Shown: positions 37,915 through 52,384, counted from the first letter of the stretch. The stretch: DNA of 64,000 nucleotides from Octopus vulgaris (GCA_951406725.2 OX597816.1:22506001-22570000); one strand, 5' to 3'. The notes: generated by a model not told the origin, from the sequence alone. Numbers and translations: made by a program.

Positions 37915-40314
37915 GTGCGCCGTGTCCGGTTGGGTGCGCATTACCACGACTCGCCACCCACACCCAACGAAGAGGACGACTGCTTCACTGGCCTGAGCCG
38001 CCGACCATCCCCGTGGACGCCTGCCCCTGGCCAGATCCTAGCAGTGAATCTTTTCGCGGGCGCTTGTCAGCGTGCATTGGAGCGGTTCAACTTCTCCAGG
38101 CGCCAACGCCGCCTCAACATCTCCCCGGCTGAGCTCTTGGCTCTTCGTTCCCTCCAACGGCGCGCTGACATTATCATCAAACCGGCTGACAAGGGTGGAG
38201 CTGTAGTGGTGTGGCGCGCGTTCCTCTATAGGGCCGAGGCTTTCCGCCAACTCAATGACACCTCCTTCTATTCCCCTCTGCCCTCTAACCCCACACGTAG
38301 CTACCAACAGACGCTATCCTCTACTGTCCAAGACCTCATCTCGTCCTCCCGTCTCCCCCGCACCGCATCCAACCTAATTGTGCGAACCCCACGTACCCCC
38401 ACCATTTACTTCCTCCCCAAAATCCACAAACCCAACAACCCTGGCCGCCCCATCGTCTCCGCCTGTAACTGCCCCACGGAGCTCATCTCTAAATACCTCT
38501 ACCGTGTCCTTGCCCCCCTAGTGGCATCTCTTCCCTCCCACATCCACGATACCAACCATGCTCTCCGGCTTTTCAACTCTTTCTCCTTTCCTCCCGGCTC
38601 CTCCAAAATCCTTTTTACTATGGACATCCAAAGCCTCTATACTGTTATCCCTCACCACGAAGGACTGCAGGCCCTTCGACACTTTCTTGACCTCCGCTCT
38701 AACCCTGTACCTGACACCTCCACACTCATTCGTCTGGCCGAACTTGTCCTTACTCTGAACTGCTTCTCGTTCGCGGGCGAGTTCTACCATGAGGTCTCGG
38801 GAGTGGCCATGGGAACGCGAATGGGCCCCAACTATGCGAACCTGTTCGTTGGCTATGTTGAGGCCCAAATATTCTCTAATTTCACTGGTCCCACTCCTGA
38901 ACTATATGGTCGTTATATTGACGACATTATCGGTGCCACCTCACTCTCCCGCGAACATCTAGATTCCTTCCTCTCTTTCGTCCAATCTTTCCATCCAGCC
39001 CTCCACTTCACTTCCACTATCTCCAACACCTCTGTCTCCTTCCTCGACATTTCGGTTAGCATTCTTCACTCCACTCTTACCACCTCTATTCACTACAAAC
39101 ACACAGACTCACACTCATACCTCAACTTCTCTTCCTCCCACCCAGAACACACCAAACTTTCCATCCCCTATTCCCAATTCCTCCGTCTACGTAGGCTCTG
39201 TAGTGACGACCATGACTTTGAGACTCAGTCTCAACGTATGACTCACCACTTCACCCTACGTGGATACCCCCTCACCACTATCCACACCGCCCTTGCCAGA
39301 GCACGGTCCGTGGACCGTGTATCTGCTCTCTCTCCCCGAACCCGCCCTGTAGTCTCCCGCCTCCCTTTTCCCCTCACTTACCACCCCACGACCCTACGTC
39401 TCCAACGCACCATTCTTCGAGCTTTCCGTCATCTCCAGTCCGACCCGTCCACTTCACACCTCTTCCCTAACCGACCCCTCCCCTCTTTCAAACGAGCCCA
39501 CAACCTTCGAGACCTTTTGGTCCATAGCTCCTTCCCTGACCCTACCTCCCAACCCGGCTCGTTCCCCTGCTCCCGCCCACGTTGCCGCACTTGCCCTTAC
39601 CTCTCCAACACCACCCGCCTCACTAGCACCCACCATCGACCCTATCCCATCATCCACTCCTTCACCTGCACCTCCAGCAATATTATCTATTGCATCTCTT
39701 GCTCTCTCTGCAATTCCTTGTACATCGGACAAACGGGACGCCGCTTGGCTGACCGGTTCGCGGAACACCTTCGTGACATCCACCTTGCGAACGACACACC
39801 GGTCTCACGCCATTTCCGCTCCACCGGTCACTCCTTGCAACACCTATCTGTGTTCGGTTTGTCCTTACACAGAGGCCATCCGGATTCCCGTTTGCGCCGT
39901 GAACAGGAATTAATCTTCTCTCTTCGCTCTTATACGCCATTTGGTCTCAACTCTCCCCCCTCCTCATCTAACCCCCCTCTCCCCCCTCCTCACCTATCCT
40001 TTCTCCCCCCGACCCCTACTTCTTCAGTCCTTCATCCTTTCACCCCTACTCCCCTTCCCTTCTTCCCTCTTTCTCCCTCCCTCTTCCCCTCCCCTCTGCT
40101 CCCTCACTCCCTCTCTCCCCTTCTCTCTCCCCCTCTCCCTCTTTCCTCCTTCATCCCCCTCATCCCCTTCCATCTCCCCCATCCTCTCCTCTCCCCCTTC
40201 TCCTCCCCCTCTTCTTCCCCTCCCCTTCTCTCCCCCTCCTCTCCCCCTCCCCCTCTTCTCCTCACTACACCACATGACTTTACACATCACATCACATATG
40301 ATGTGCCATACTAA
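37915..40314 (+). CDS. PLE reverse transcriptase + Cys linker + GIY-YIG endonuclease (frame is open upstream to ~37751; true end probably near 39970)
   Basis: KPADKGG, LPKIHK..PGRPIVS, DIQSLYT, GVAMGT..YAN, RYIDD, FLD, C..PRCRTC, IIYCISC..C..LYIGQTG..L..RF.EH, GLN; upstream in-frame LSAAERSVLGRGLRFIP. Confidence 0.9.
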   Translation: MRRVRLGAHYHDSPPTPNEEDDCFTGLSRRPSPWTPAPGQILAVNLFAGACQRALERFNFSRRQRRLNISPAELLALRSLQRRADIIIKPADKGGAVVVWRAFLYRAEAFRQLNDTSFYSPLPSNPTRSYQQTLSSTVQDLISSSRLPRTASNLIVRTPRTPTIYFLPKIHKPNNPGRPIVSACNCPTELISKYLYRVLAPLVASLPSHIHDTNHALRLFNSFSFPPGSSKILFTMDIQSLYTVIPHHEGLQALRHFLDLRSNPVPDTSTLIRLAELVLTLNCFSFAGEFYHEVSGVAMGTRMGPNYANLFVGYVEAQIFSNFTGPTPELYGRYIDDIIGATSLSREHLDSFLSFVQSFHPALHFTSTISNTSVSFLDISVSILHSTLTTSIHYKHTDSHSYLNFSSSHPEHTKLSIPYSQFLRLRRLCSDDHDFETQSQRMTHHFTLRGYPLTTIHTALARARSVDRVSALSPRTRPVVSRLPFPLTYHPTTLRLQRTILRAFRHLQSDPSTSHLFPNRPLPSFKRAHNLRDLLVHSSFPDPTSQPGSFPCSRPRCRTCPYLSNTTRLTSTHHRPYPIIHSFTCTSSNIIYCISCSLCNSLYIGQTGRRLADRFAEHLRDIHLANDTPVSRHFRSTGHSLQHLSVFGLSLHRGHPDSRLRREQELIFSLRSYTPFGLNSPPSSSNPPLPPPHLSFLPPTPTSSVLHPFTPTPLPFFPLSPSLFPSPLLPHSLSPLLSPPLPLSSFIPLIPFHLPHPLLSPFSSPSSSPPLLSPSSPPPPLLLTTPHDFTHHITYDVPY

Positions 40315-40650
40315 TACACACACCAACTAATACATACTAATACGTACTAATACATACTAGTACATACTAATACTTACACCAACCCTATACATACACACGT
40401 CCAGACCCCGCATACGCACTTATACTCTCTCTCACACACACACACACACACCTATACATACCAATACGTACTAATACATACTAATACATACTAATACATA
40501 CACCAACCCCATACATACGCACGTCCAGACCAATCTTACGCACTAATACTCTCTCATACACACACACACACACACACACACCTTATACATACTAATACAT
40601 ACACCAACCCTATACATACACACATCCAGACCCATCCCACGCACTTTTAG
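40305..40650. repeat. Minisatellite in the PLE 3' region ((catactaata)n within ~120-bp units)
   Basis: acaccaaccc..atacatac.cac.tccagacc occurs three times. Confidence 0.8.
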
Positions 40651-40814
40651 CTGGTCCCTCAACCCATTTATCAACCCTATTATCTCCCCTTATTTCGCTC
40701 TCGCGTCTCATGTTTGATCTTTGACCTCTGGCCGAAATCAGATCGCCATGTTGATTCGTTAGCTACTGCACGCATTTTTTTTTCTCTCCTTCTGTGTTTT
40801 TCTCTCTCTGTGTA

Positions 40815-40852
40815 TCTTTCTGTTGAAGAGCGTAGGCTCGAAACGTTAAAGA
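40815..40852 (+). ncRNA. Minimal hammerhead ribozyme in pLTR, A6U core variant
   Basis: TCTTT-CTGTTGA-A-GAGC-GTAG-GCTC-GAAA-CG-TT-AAAGA. Confidence 0.7.
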
Positions 40853-41842
40853 CTTGTTTTATTTATATTTCCTGAGCGCCATACTAATACAATTGTTCGT
40901 TTGTTTTCCACCTGCCTTCGTCTTTTGTTTATTTTCATAAAGCTTCCCGTTATATATATATATATATACTAGCATTTAAGCTGAATTTTATTTAGTTTCT
41001 ATTTCTAGCAAGTCGATTGGCAGTGATGAGATTCTCTGGTTGTCTCTTCTGCCCATGTAGTATAATAAAGTGAACTATATACTCGTATATTACTCAGGGC
41101 GATATTTAGTATCGGGTAAGCGAATGTAGAATATTGTCATATTATCTTCATGCCTAGATGATTTGAGAACAATTACCACTTAATTTCGTAGATGTTAATT
41201 TTAGAATTATAGTGCATTCGGACTCCAGCACTCAATTATTCGTAATTAACATCGCAAATGGCGAAGAGCTGGCAGAAATATTTGCGCGTCTGATAACCTG
41301 CTTAACGCTATTTTCTCTGTTAATTTACATTCTGAGTTCAAATCCCACCGAAGTCATATTTTGGCGCCGATAAAACAATCACCAATCAATTACTTAGGTC
41401 GATGAAATGGACTTACCTCTCACCTAAAATTGTGGAAATTGAGCCAAATTTTGAAACCCTAGTAGTTCAATTTCTCTTACTTCCGTCTCGGTGGTGTCTT
41501 ATTTTTTTATCATTTGCATTGCATCCAGGGCCACCGGTCCCGAGACAATTAGTAGGGCCCATTATTACACTCACCATATCTCGTCTCTATAGGAACCCTC
41601 CCTTGGTATTTCTTTCTTTTGCAATCTTTCACTAGCCAACAGTTTCAGAAGAATTTAAACGTTGTCAATCATTCTTGTCTTTTGGAGAAGCCAGAAAATT
41701 CCATTGACAGAATAATTTCTCCTAGGTGAACACAATAAAAGGAAAATTCGAAATGTATAATTCCTTCATGCCTCATTATATGACACTTTTTAGAAATGTC
41801 CTGTAATGTTTATGTTTTATTATTTTCCGTTGCGTTTTTATT

Positions 41843-42050
41843 AAGGCAGCGAGCTAGCAGAATCGTTAGCACGCCGGGCGAAATGCTTAGCAGTATTTCG
41901 TCTACCATTACGTTCTGAGTTCAAATTCCTCCGAGGACCACTTTGCCTTTCATCATTTTGGGGTCGATAAATTAAGTACCAGTTACGCACTAGAGTCGAT
42001 GTAATCGACTTAAACCGTTGATCTGTCCTTCTTTGTCCCTTCTGTTTTTA
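41843..42050 (+). mobile_element. SINE family A (an older copy lies at ~41260-41455)
   Basis: Head, B box and core present. Confidence 0.85.
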
Positions 42051-42197
42051 GTTACACGATTTTTGTCACTTTTTTTTCAGGAGTAAAGAAAACACTCTCA
42101 ATTTTATTTGAGGCCTTCTACATATTTTGGAGATTCTCAAACTGAAAACAGTAAAGTGAAAATGAAAATATTTCAAGGCACTCAATAATCGCCTGGT

Positions 42198-42571
42198 GGT
42201 TAAAATTTTCTTCTGGTCGAGTAATCCATCCTGCTCAAAAGGTCCCTGAAAAAGTGTTGCTTAAGGATGATGAACGAAATATCCATGTTTCCAGGGGTTA
42301 ATTATCCAAACCCCAAAGAAACCCTCTCAATACATGGCTATGATGCTCCCCCACTACTTCTGCTCGTGATCAGAGATGCACATATTGTCAGCCACTAGGG
42401 GACATGCTCAATTGGTTAAGATCAAAGAACTGACAAGCAAATCTGTGGTATTGAGCAGAATATTTGCTGTAGCCCATATTTTATACCAAGACAAACATTG
42501 TACATGAAAACACTTCCAATCAGTCCTGATCAGAAACCACGTGAGCCACTGCTTGGTACTGCATCAGGGCA
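42198..42571 (-). mobile_element. ~560-bp TAA element, 5' two-thirds only
   Basis: Ends gtactgcatcagggca-(TTA)n; 3' part missing. Confidence 0.85.
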
Positions 42572-42600
42572 ATTATCATTATCCTTATTATTATTATTAA

Positions 42601-42688
<88 letters not shown>

Positions 42689-43185
42689 GAGTGAGCAAGC
42701 AGAGCATGCCATCAAAGTGACACTGGGGTAAAATATACGAAGCCCAGTATACCCATCATGACTACCCGTCTGATAAGGGTACACCAGGCACATGCATCAC
42801 AACCATATGTGCACGACATGGCGATCTCATATCAAGATAAACAGCACATGACCTTGCAGGTGGAGCCCAGTTAGAATTTTCTTCAGTTCGAGTAACCCAT
42901 CCCGCTCAAAAGGTCCCTGAATAAGGGTTGTTTAAGGACGTTGAACGAAATACCCATGTTTCCAGAGGTGAATTATTCAAACCCCAAAGAATCCCTCTCA
43001 ACACATGGCTATGATGCTCCCCCACTACTTCTGCTCGTGATCAGAGATGCACATATCGTCAGCCAGTAAGGGACATGCTCAACTTGTTAAGGTCAAACAA
43101 CTGACAAGCAAATCTGTGGTATTGAGCAGAATATTTGCTGTAGCCCATCTTTTATACCAAGACAAAACAATGTACATGATAACAC
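42689..43185 (-). mobile_element. ~560-bp TAA element, 5'-truncated by ~60 nt
   Basis: (TTA)n-gagtgagcaagcag...catgataacac-(TTA)n. Confidence 0.9.
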
Positions 43186-43186
43186 A

Positions 43187-44669
<1,483 letters not shown>

Positions 44670-44753
44670 GAGTGAGAGAGCAGTGCATGCCATCATAGTG
44701 ACACTGGGGTAAATATACAAAGCCAGGAGAGCCACTGTCTGGTACTGCATCAG
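44670..44753 (-). mobile_element. 84-bp internally deleted derivative of the TAA element
   Basis: Both termini retained, joined at aagcc microhomology; TTA flanks. Confidence 0.85.
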
Positions 44754-44807
44754 ATGATTTATTATTACTGTTGTTGTTGTTGTTGTTATTATTATTATTA
44801 TTATTAC

Positions 44808-44869
<62 letters not shown>

Positions 44870-45264
44870 TTATTATTATTATTATTATTATTACTAATAG
44901 TCTTAGTAGTTGTAGTAGTAGTAATAGTAGCTGTTATTGTTGTAGTCTATGTCATTGCTCTTATCGGTGGTTAAATCAGTGCAGTACTAAATTGAGGTTA
45001 ACATGATTGCATTCATTTTTGTAATTGTTGTTGACGTAATTTCACTATTAAATAGACAGTACTTAGCTTGGAACATGCCAGCTGTATTCAGCTTTTGCAT
45101 TTATGGTAATGAGGCGTCTCCACTAAATTTGTTTACTTACTGGCATTGATTGAAATATTCTCTTGCGGAGATGGTCATGATGGTGATGGGTTAATTAGTA
45201 CTTTCCAATGTTTGTTGTCTAATGATGATTAAAACAATATAATAAAGCCACAACAACATATAAA

Positions 45265-45306
<42 letters not shown>

Positions 45307-45381
45307 ATATATATATATATATATATGTACATATATACATACACACACACACACACACACATATATATACATATATATATA

Positions 45382-45455
<74 letters not shown>

Positions 45456-47831
45456 GATATATATATATATATATGTATATATACCGATATATTAACTTAT
45501 AAATATGTGGATTGGTAGATAGCTATATATATATATAGAGAGAGAGATAACATATATAATATATATATATGTACATACATACGCGCACACATACATGTGT
45601 GTATATATCCATATATATATATATATATATATGCACACACACACACACATACACACGTATATATATGTATACATTTGTTTGTGTGTTTGTGTTTATCTGT
45701 CTGGGTACCTGTCGGTAGAAAGAAATCTAAATGATGAAATGTGTAAACAATTTTCTCAAATTATATAAACAAAGAATCACAGGAACGTTAATTTCTTCAG
45801 AAACACGTCAGTGACTATTTGTGTGGTTACGTATTGCGGGTTGGTGTGAACAGGTGATGTTTTTTTTTGTATAATTTTCTCCAAGTAATTTTGTTACATA
45901 AGTTACATTTAATTTTGCTTTCTATAGACAAATATAAACAGTCGAGCACGCGCACCCGCTTCTTTATACTTTGCTTATGAAGTGGATGGAGCAATATTCA
46001 CCTCCATTTCACATGATTTCCGAATCTGGTATGGAAAATCGAAGAAGAATTTAAAGAACAGTTATGGGTGTTTTCGACAAGATGAAATCCATTTGAGCAG
46101 GCAAAGTCCTGGCGGTGAGGTTAAATTGGACGAGGTAGTAAGAATTCTAGCAAAGGCAGAACTGTTTTGACGGATTCCTACGAAAATACCGTTTCTTGAG
46201 GTCATTTAAATCACTAACTCAATGTTAACCTGCATGCTTCCTGTTTAAGGTTGTACAGATCAAACAGGTTATCACGGGATAGCTACGATCATGTTTATGC
46301 CATATAATTGTTTGTATACACACTCATTGCCCTGTGTCTATCAAGAACCTTCAGAAACACAGAATTGAAATCTGCATTGAAAGACGTTCCATAGACATTT
46401 AAACTTACACACATAAATGCATTCATTCAAACATTGCATTACATAAACATATATATGTGTGTATGTATATATATGTGTCTGTGTGTGTGTGTGTATGTAT
46501 GTATATGTATGTATGTGTTTATGTATATGCATACATATATTCAAAACTACATTCATGTAGAGAGACAGACACTCAGACGTAGATTTGTATTATTGCTAAA
46601 AAACAGCGCCAAATATAATTAAGACAGAACACATGCATAAATGCATGCATACATACATACATACATACATACATACATACATACATACATACATACATAC
46701 ATACATACAAGTTCAGATTTATACCTGTAGTTATTTGGGCCCTGGGATATGTAACACACTGCTTAAACACCAATCTTGAGAAATTAGGCATCTCAAAACT
46801 AGAAAGGAGAAAGCCGATTCGCAAACTAAAGATGCAATCAATCACTGGAACTGTAAAAATCTGTAAAACCTTCCAGAAGTTTATCATATAAGTATATATG
46901 AGCATGTCTAGATATGTAACTATATGCATGAGAATACATACATAAAGCAAAACATACAAATCTGCTCACATACATACATACCTACATACATACATACATA
47001 CATACATACATACATACATACATACATACATAAACTGTTGTTGATTTTGAAATTCCAATGAAGGAGCCTTGGATCTAGGTTACAAACCGGTTCTTTTTCT
47101 CTTGACAACAAATCTTGAAATAAACTGAATAATGACATACTTACGTACATATATACATAGGTAAGCATGCATGCACAACTGCATAGGATTTGAATAAATT
47201 TTGTATACTAATATATCTATTAAAAATGTATATACGTATATAGTCGGTACGGTCATCTGTATAATTGTGACATACTTTAATGTAATACCCTCATATTTCA
47301 ACTATATTATAAGACGTAATGTGAAAGCGATATAATATTGTCTATGGATGCTGATGTGCATCACATATTGGTACAATTATTACCGAGTATGTCGTCTACC
47401 AACCGAAATTTTGTCCACAGTGACAGACACATTCACAAATATTCACTATTTTTCATCCGTCTGTGTAATCTATTTCTGTAGAGTTTAAGTTCATTAAAAG
47501 TCGCAGGCATTTAATACGTATTTAAACCGATTATAATGTAAATATTTGTCTGCTAGATTTTCATACAACATAGCCATCTAATGTAAATATGATGTGAATT
47601 TTAAATTTGAACAAAATTAGTACAAAGCAAGTGTCAGTCTGTAGAGATTGGAGTGTATAATTCGGTTATTTTCTAAACTATTTTGACCAACCACGAATTT
47701 ATTTTGTATGATTGGAGCAGACGTTGTTGACGAGACGCACAGACGAAATGGGATTTATGAAACATTAAATACAGGTGTCTTCATTCATTTTACTGATACG
47801 CTAGTTTGGTTCTCTTTCTCTGATTATATTG

Positions 47832-48095
47832 CTTGTTCCTTCTCGAGCCATGCCTGGCTTATTAAGGCCGGTTTCCCGGTTTCCTTAGCGTATCTGTTCC
47901 CCATCAGGACGGGACGCCGGTCGGTCGCTGGTGAGCTGCAAGATGCAAGAGGAAAGAGTGAGAGAATGTTGTTGCAAAAGAGTCAGCAGAAACTCGCCAT
48001 TACCTTGTGCCGTAACCGCGTGAAGCTTAGGTATTTCGCTCATAAACACACACATCACCTGGTCTGAGTTTCGAACCCGCAATCCCTCGACCGCT
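47832..48095 (-). mobile_element. SINE family B variant
   Basis: Homologous to 20121-20406. Confidence 0.8.
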
Positions 48096-48108
48096 TTTGT
48101 GTGTTTCT

Positions 48109-48167
<59 letters not shown>

Positions 48168-48222
48168 CAAAGTGGAGTTTTGGGGTACCGCACGAGTGGA
48201 ATTATATACGAAAGATGTTTAT

Positions 48223-48267
48223 TTACTTTACCGGTTTCACTCTTTGAAAAAAGATTGTCAAAAGTAA
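48223..48267 (-). ncRNA. Minimal hammerhead, U3-A8 core variant, in probable solo pLTR next to (TA)n
   Basis: Minus strand TTACTT-TTGACAA-TCTTT..AAAGAGT-GAAA-CCGG-TA-AAGTAA; base of stem II is imperfect. Confidence 0.55.
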
Positions 48268-49924
48268 CATGTAGAACTTTGGTTGCGTTAATTATTGGTT
48301 GTTTCAAATTGCTACATTACATATATACAGTCTTTGGTAACAGGGACATGCACAGACTACGCACACAAACAGAAACACACATAACGCTACTACACGTTAC
48401 CAAAGACATGCAACACATACGTGCAAACACAGTTGCCACCACACGCACACACGCTATCATGCACACTAGCTACCATGCACACGCGTAATCACTGCCACAA
48501 ACACGTGCTACAATACATACACTCTCGCTACAACACACACCACACGCTACCACCTGCACGCGCCAAGGAAACCGGGAAACCGTCCCTAATGAGCCAGGCA
48601 TGGTTCGAGAAGGAACCACCAACATAATCTGTGAAAGAGAACCAAACTAGTGAATCAAAAAATGAATGAACACACCTGTATTCAATGTTTCATATGTATG
48701 AAGGAAGGAGACAAGTACAACGGATACAGTCTTACACTCGTATATATACATGCATACGTACACATGTACACATGCATATATATATACATATTTTGTATAT
48801 GCTTAGACATACAAATCACGTGCGGTTAAATTTTTGGAGTAACTGACCGGAAGTAGGAATAAAGCGAAAATGCTTACTGAAAGAGGGGAGTGCGAAAATG
48901 GCCAGTATGCATGTATGCTCCCGCGCGTGTGCAGGTTGTAGCATGTGGTGTGTGTTGTAGGGAGTGTGTATGTGGCAGTGATTACGTGTGTACATGTGCG
49001 TGTGCATGGTAGCGTGTGTGCGTGTGGTGGTAACTGTGTTTGTGCGTATGTGGTGCATGTCTGCGGTAGAGTGTAGTAGGGTTATGTGTGTGTGGCATTA
49101 ATTGTGTGAGAGTGTGTATTTCTGTTTGTGTGCGTAGTCTGTGCGTCTGTGTGTGTCGTAGGATTTGTGTGCATCCGTGTGTATTAATATCTCTCTGAGA
49201 TATCAGCAGCTGTAGTGACAGGTTTGTTTATGGGTGGGTGTAGCAGTGCGTGTGTGTGTGTGTGCATGTTTGCATGTATGCGTGCTGGCATGTATGCGTG
49301 CTTGCATGTATGCGTGTTTGTGTGTGTGATTTCGTGTATGTGTGTGTGCGTGGGTGGGTTGCGCGCTGGGGGGGTGGGGGGTGGCAGTGTGTGTGTACGT
49401 GTGTGTGTACGTGTGTGCGTGTGTGTATTCGTGCGCCTGGATATGTGTGTGGTGTGTGGTAGAGGAATATAAAGAATAAGAATAAGAAATGATACAAATA
49501 TATAGTTAAAAATGAAAATACTACAAAAAATACATTAAAAAATTAAAAAATAAATAAGGAAAAATTAAAATTGAGAATAATAAAAGTATGAAAAGGATGA
49601 AATGAATAAATCCATAAAAGAAAAAATGTCGATAACAGAAATAAATGAAAATTATTAAAAATTATTTTAAAATATTGTTCAAAAATTATTTTAAAGAATT
49701 TAAATTAATAAAGCGTTGGACTATTATTAACAAATTATTAAAAAAATTATTAGCAGTTTATAAAAAGTAATAGAAAATACAAAATTAATAATAAAAAATA
49801 AATACATAGTAATAAACAAATAATAAAAGATAGAACAAAAATAGGCGAATAAAAAAATGAAGAAAAGAACGGATAAAAACGGTTGAGTACAAAATTATTT
49901 TTAAAAAGGGTGTGTGGGGAAAGT

Positions 49925-50445
49925 CACTGAGCGGAGTGGGTTGCGTTGAATCCTTAAGGAGTTTGGGTACAGAGAGTGAAAATGTAGCGCTGTTCCCGGT
50001 GGAGTCTAGAGTTGGTGGATTCATGGTGTAGGGCAAGGCCGAAGACGGTGATATCTGATGTAGAGTGGTCGGCCAAGCGAAAATGAGCGACGACTGGGGT
50101 GTCGTCACGTAGGTCGCTTAGGTTACAGGCGCGTTTCATGGAGGGCAAGAGTGGGTAGGGGAAAATATGGATGGTGGTGGGATCTAGCCGGAGGCAACGG
50201 AAGGCCTTCCGAAGAAAGGGTAGGGTGGAGGGGTGGAAAACGAGGGTAATTGGATACGGTTGGGGGATCGTTGTGTAGAAGGAGAGAGGGTGGTAGTGCG
50301 ATCGATTTGACGAGCGCGGGTAAAAGGCACGTTGGACAACGTTGGAAGAAGATCCGCCACGCATGAGCAAGAGGATCAGGTATTGAGACTCGGTCTCGAA
50401 ATCTTGATCCCGGCTGCATAGGCGCCGGAGTTGGAGAACTGGGAG
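49925..50445 (-). pseudogene. Degenerate Neptune-type PLE fragment
   Basis: YPITLVFHPSTL..LRKAFR.L..DP.T.HIFP..LLPSMKRACNL.DL and HF....H....I.VFGL......RL.REQ.YIF.L...TP.GFN, homologous to the 37915 ORF. Confidence 0.8.
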
Positions 50446-50468
50446 TATATATATATATATATATATAT

Positions 50469-50636
50469 AAAGTAATCCAAACAGGAAAACAAAAAGACAA
50501 CAACGCGAGGATGTGGAACAAATAAAGTATTATTGGGCGCTCAGGAAAAAAGGGAAGAAGGAGGGTATGACGTTTCGAGCGGAGCTCTTCGTCGGAAACA
50601 TAGGAGAAAGAAAGATCCCGAGGTTGGAGGACAGGT

Positions 50637-50638
<2 letters not shown>
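50469..50638 (-). mobile_element. Neptune-type pLTR with hammerhead (50566-50602, U4C core variant)
   Basis: Minus strand GTTT-CCGACGA-A-GAGC-TCC-GCTC-GAAA-CG-TC-ATAC, then ttcctgagcgcc..taatac as in 40870-40890; ends in (TA)n. Confidence 0.75.
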
Positions 50639-50688
<50 letters not shown>

Positions 50689-52384
50689 ACACGTGAATAT
50701 GATCGCATTCTTACGGTGAAAAATTACTTAAATTCAAATACCAACCAGATTATATTCACGGATGCATAAATAGGAAGTATAGTTACAAACACTTACAGAC
50801 TTAATACTCTTCATGTTGAACAATCATATCATCTTTCAGTGAATTACAAGAAATTCTTCCGGATTATTATTCATTGAATTACAAGCAATTCTTCCGGAAT
50901 TATTCATCAGCCAATATCCATAATCATTATGTGTCTGTAAATAAAACTATTATCCTTTTAGAAACTTAGCTTCCTCGGCTGTTTAAGTGATGACTCATTC
51001 TATTATTTTCAGTAGATTCCATACAATATCAAAGCAAGATATTTTAGTTATTCACCTATCGTAGTAATTGTACGACTACTAAAATTCATTATACGAATAA
51101 ACACAGGATTACCATTTACAAACATTAGCATATTCATTGAACAAATTCCAAAATATTAATGGAATTTTCCACTTTAATTTTAATACAGTATAGTCTACAT
51201 TGATATCTTTAGTACACAGTATATATTAATTTTTAATCTTGTGCTTCAGATTCTTAGATTGATATGCACAATAATTTATTGACCATCAACTGTTATTATA
51301 CATGAACTGGTACGCTAAAATATTATGAGGAAAGATAATCATTCTTCATTCGAGAAAACGGTAGCAAACGTATCAGATATTATACCTTTGTGCCATCTAC
51401 CTTATTCTTACTTATGAGTTATCTACTGTTCCCACCTGATAACATTAAATACAGCTCTTAGCTGCCATATTTGCTTTCTGCGATTTTAATTACTTTCTCC
51501 ATCATCTGGAAATTAAGAACAGCTGTGATTTTTGATGATTTGCATGTTATGGATTCTGCACAACAATAGCCTAAATTTGAACGTTATTAAATGCTAGAAT
51601 TGTGGTTCCCCTGGATATAATCCTTTGTAAAACTAGTTTGAAATCCTATATCACCACCTGCTGTTACATAACAGCTTCATATTGTTCTTTACATAAGAGA
51701 TTTAATTATATTTTGCTAGAATATCTCTTCTCCGCGCACTAAAGAAAATTAAGCAACTCATTTAGTTTTTCACAATCGAATACAGTTTTCGCATTCTACT
51801 GATGCACTCAGATTTAAATACAATATAATGAACTGTACGTTTTCCTCTCTACATAAATTACAAACTATATAATAAATGAAGGCTGTTTCAACGCATCTGC
51901 ATCCAAACTGCTAAATACAAATCATTGAAAAAGAATTTGGTTCTGCAATTTATTCGAATCGGTGTATAGAAGCGATTTTACGCAAACGTGTTTAGTTGCT
52001 AAGAAAATTATCCTTATTCAGTGTTCGGTATATGTCGTGCATTGGCGAAATTGATAATGTCAATGACAAAATTTGTAGCACTTGTGTTCAATAACGTAGT
52101 CTAACGTTGTCAGATCAAGCCATGCCGTTGTGGAGCCTGTTTTTTTCTTTCTTGCAGCTTATATGATATTAAGTACTTAGCAATATCTGCTTTCGACGTA
52201 ATTAACCGTACACCTTCCTCGAATATGTGACGTCGAATGAGTTTGAATATTTAAAATTTGAAATTTCAATGCATACGTTTAATATCCCGTTGCATAACTC
52301 AATTCGAATCTAGCTGGAGTCTTTTATGACTTTCCATCTTCTGAGGGACAATACAGTGAGTTATACTTAAATAATTAGGTCGAT

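Larger units (their letters stand above)
37751..40952 (+). mobile_element. Penelope-like element, Neptune clade, 5'-truncated, in (TA)n
   Basis: Open RT-GIY-YIG frame, C/T-rich and tandem-repeat 3' region, pLTR with hammerhead, TA tracts at both ends. Confidence 0.92.

Noticed and set aside
39970-40314. Pro/Ser/Leu-rich C-terminal extension of the PLE ORF
   Set aside because: Read-through into a polypyrimidine tract, probably from a C-run indel just after GLN.
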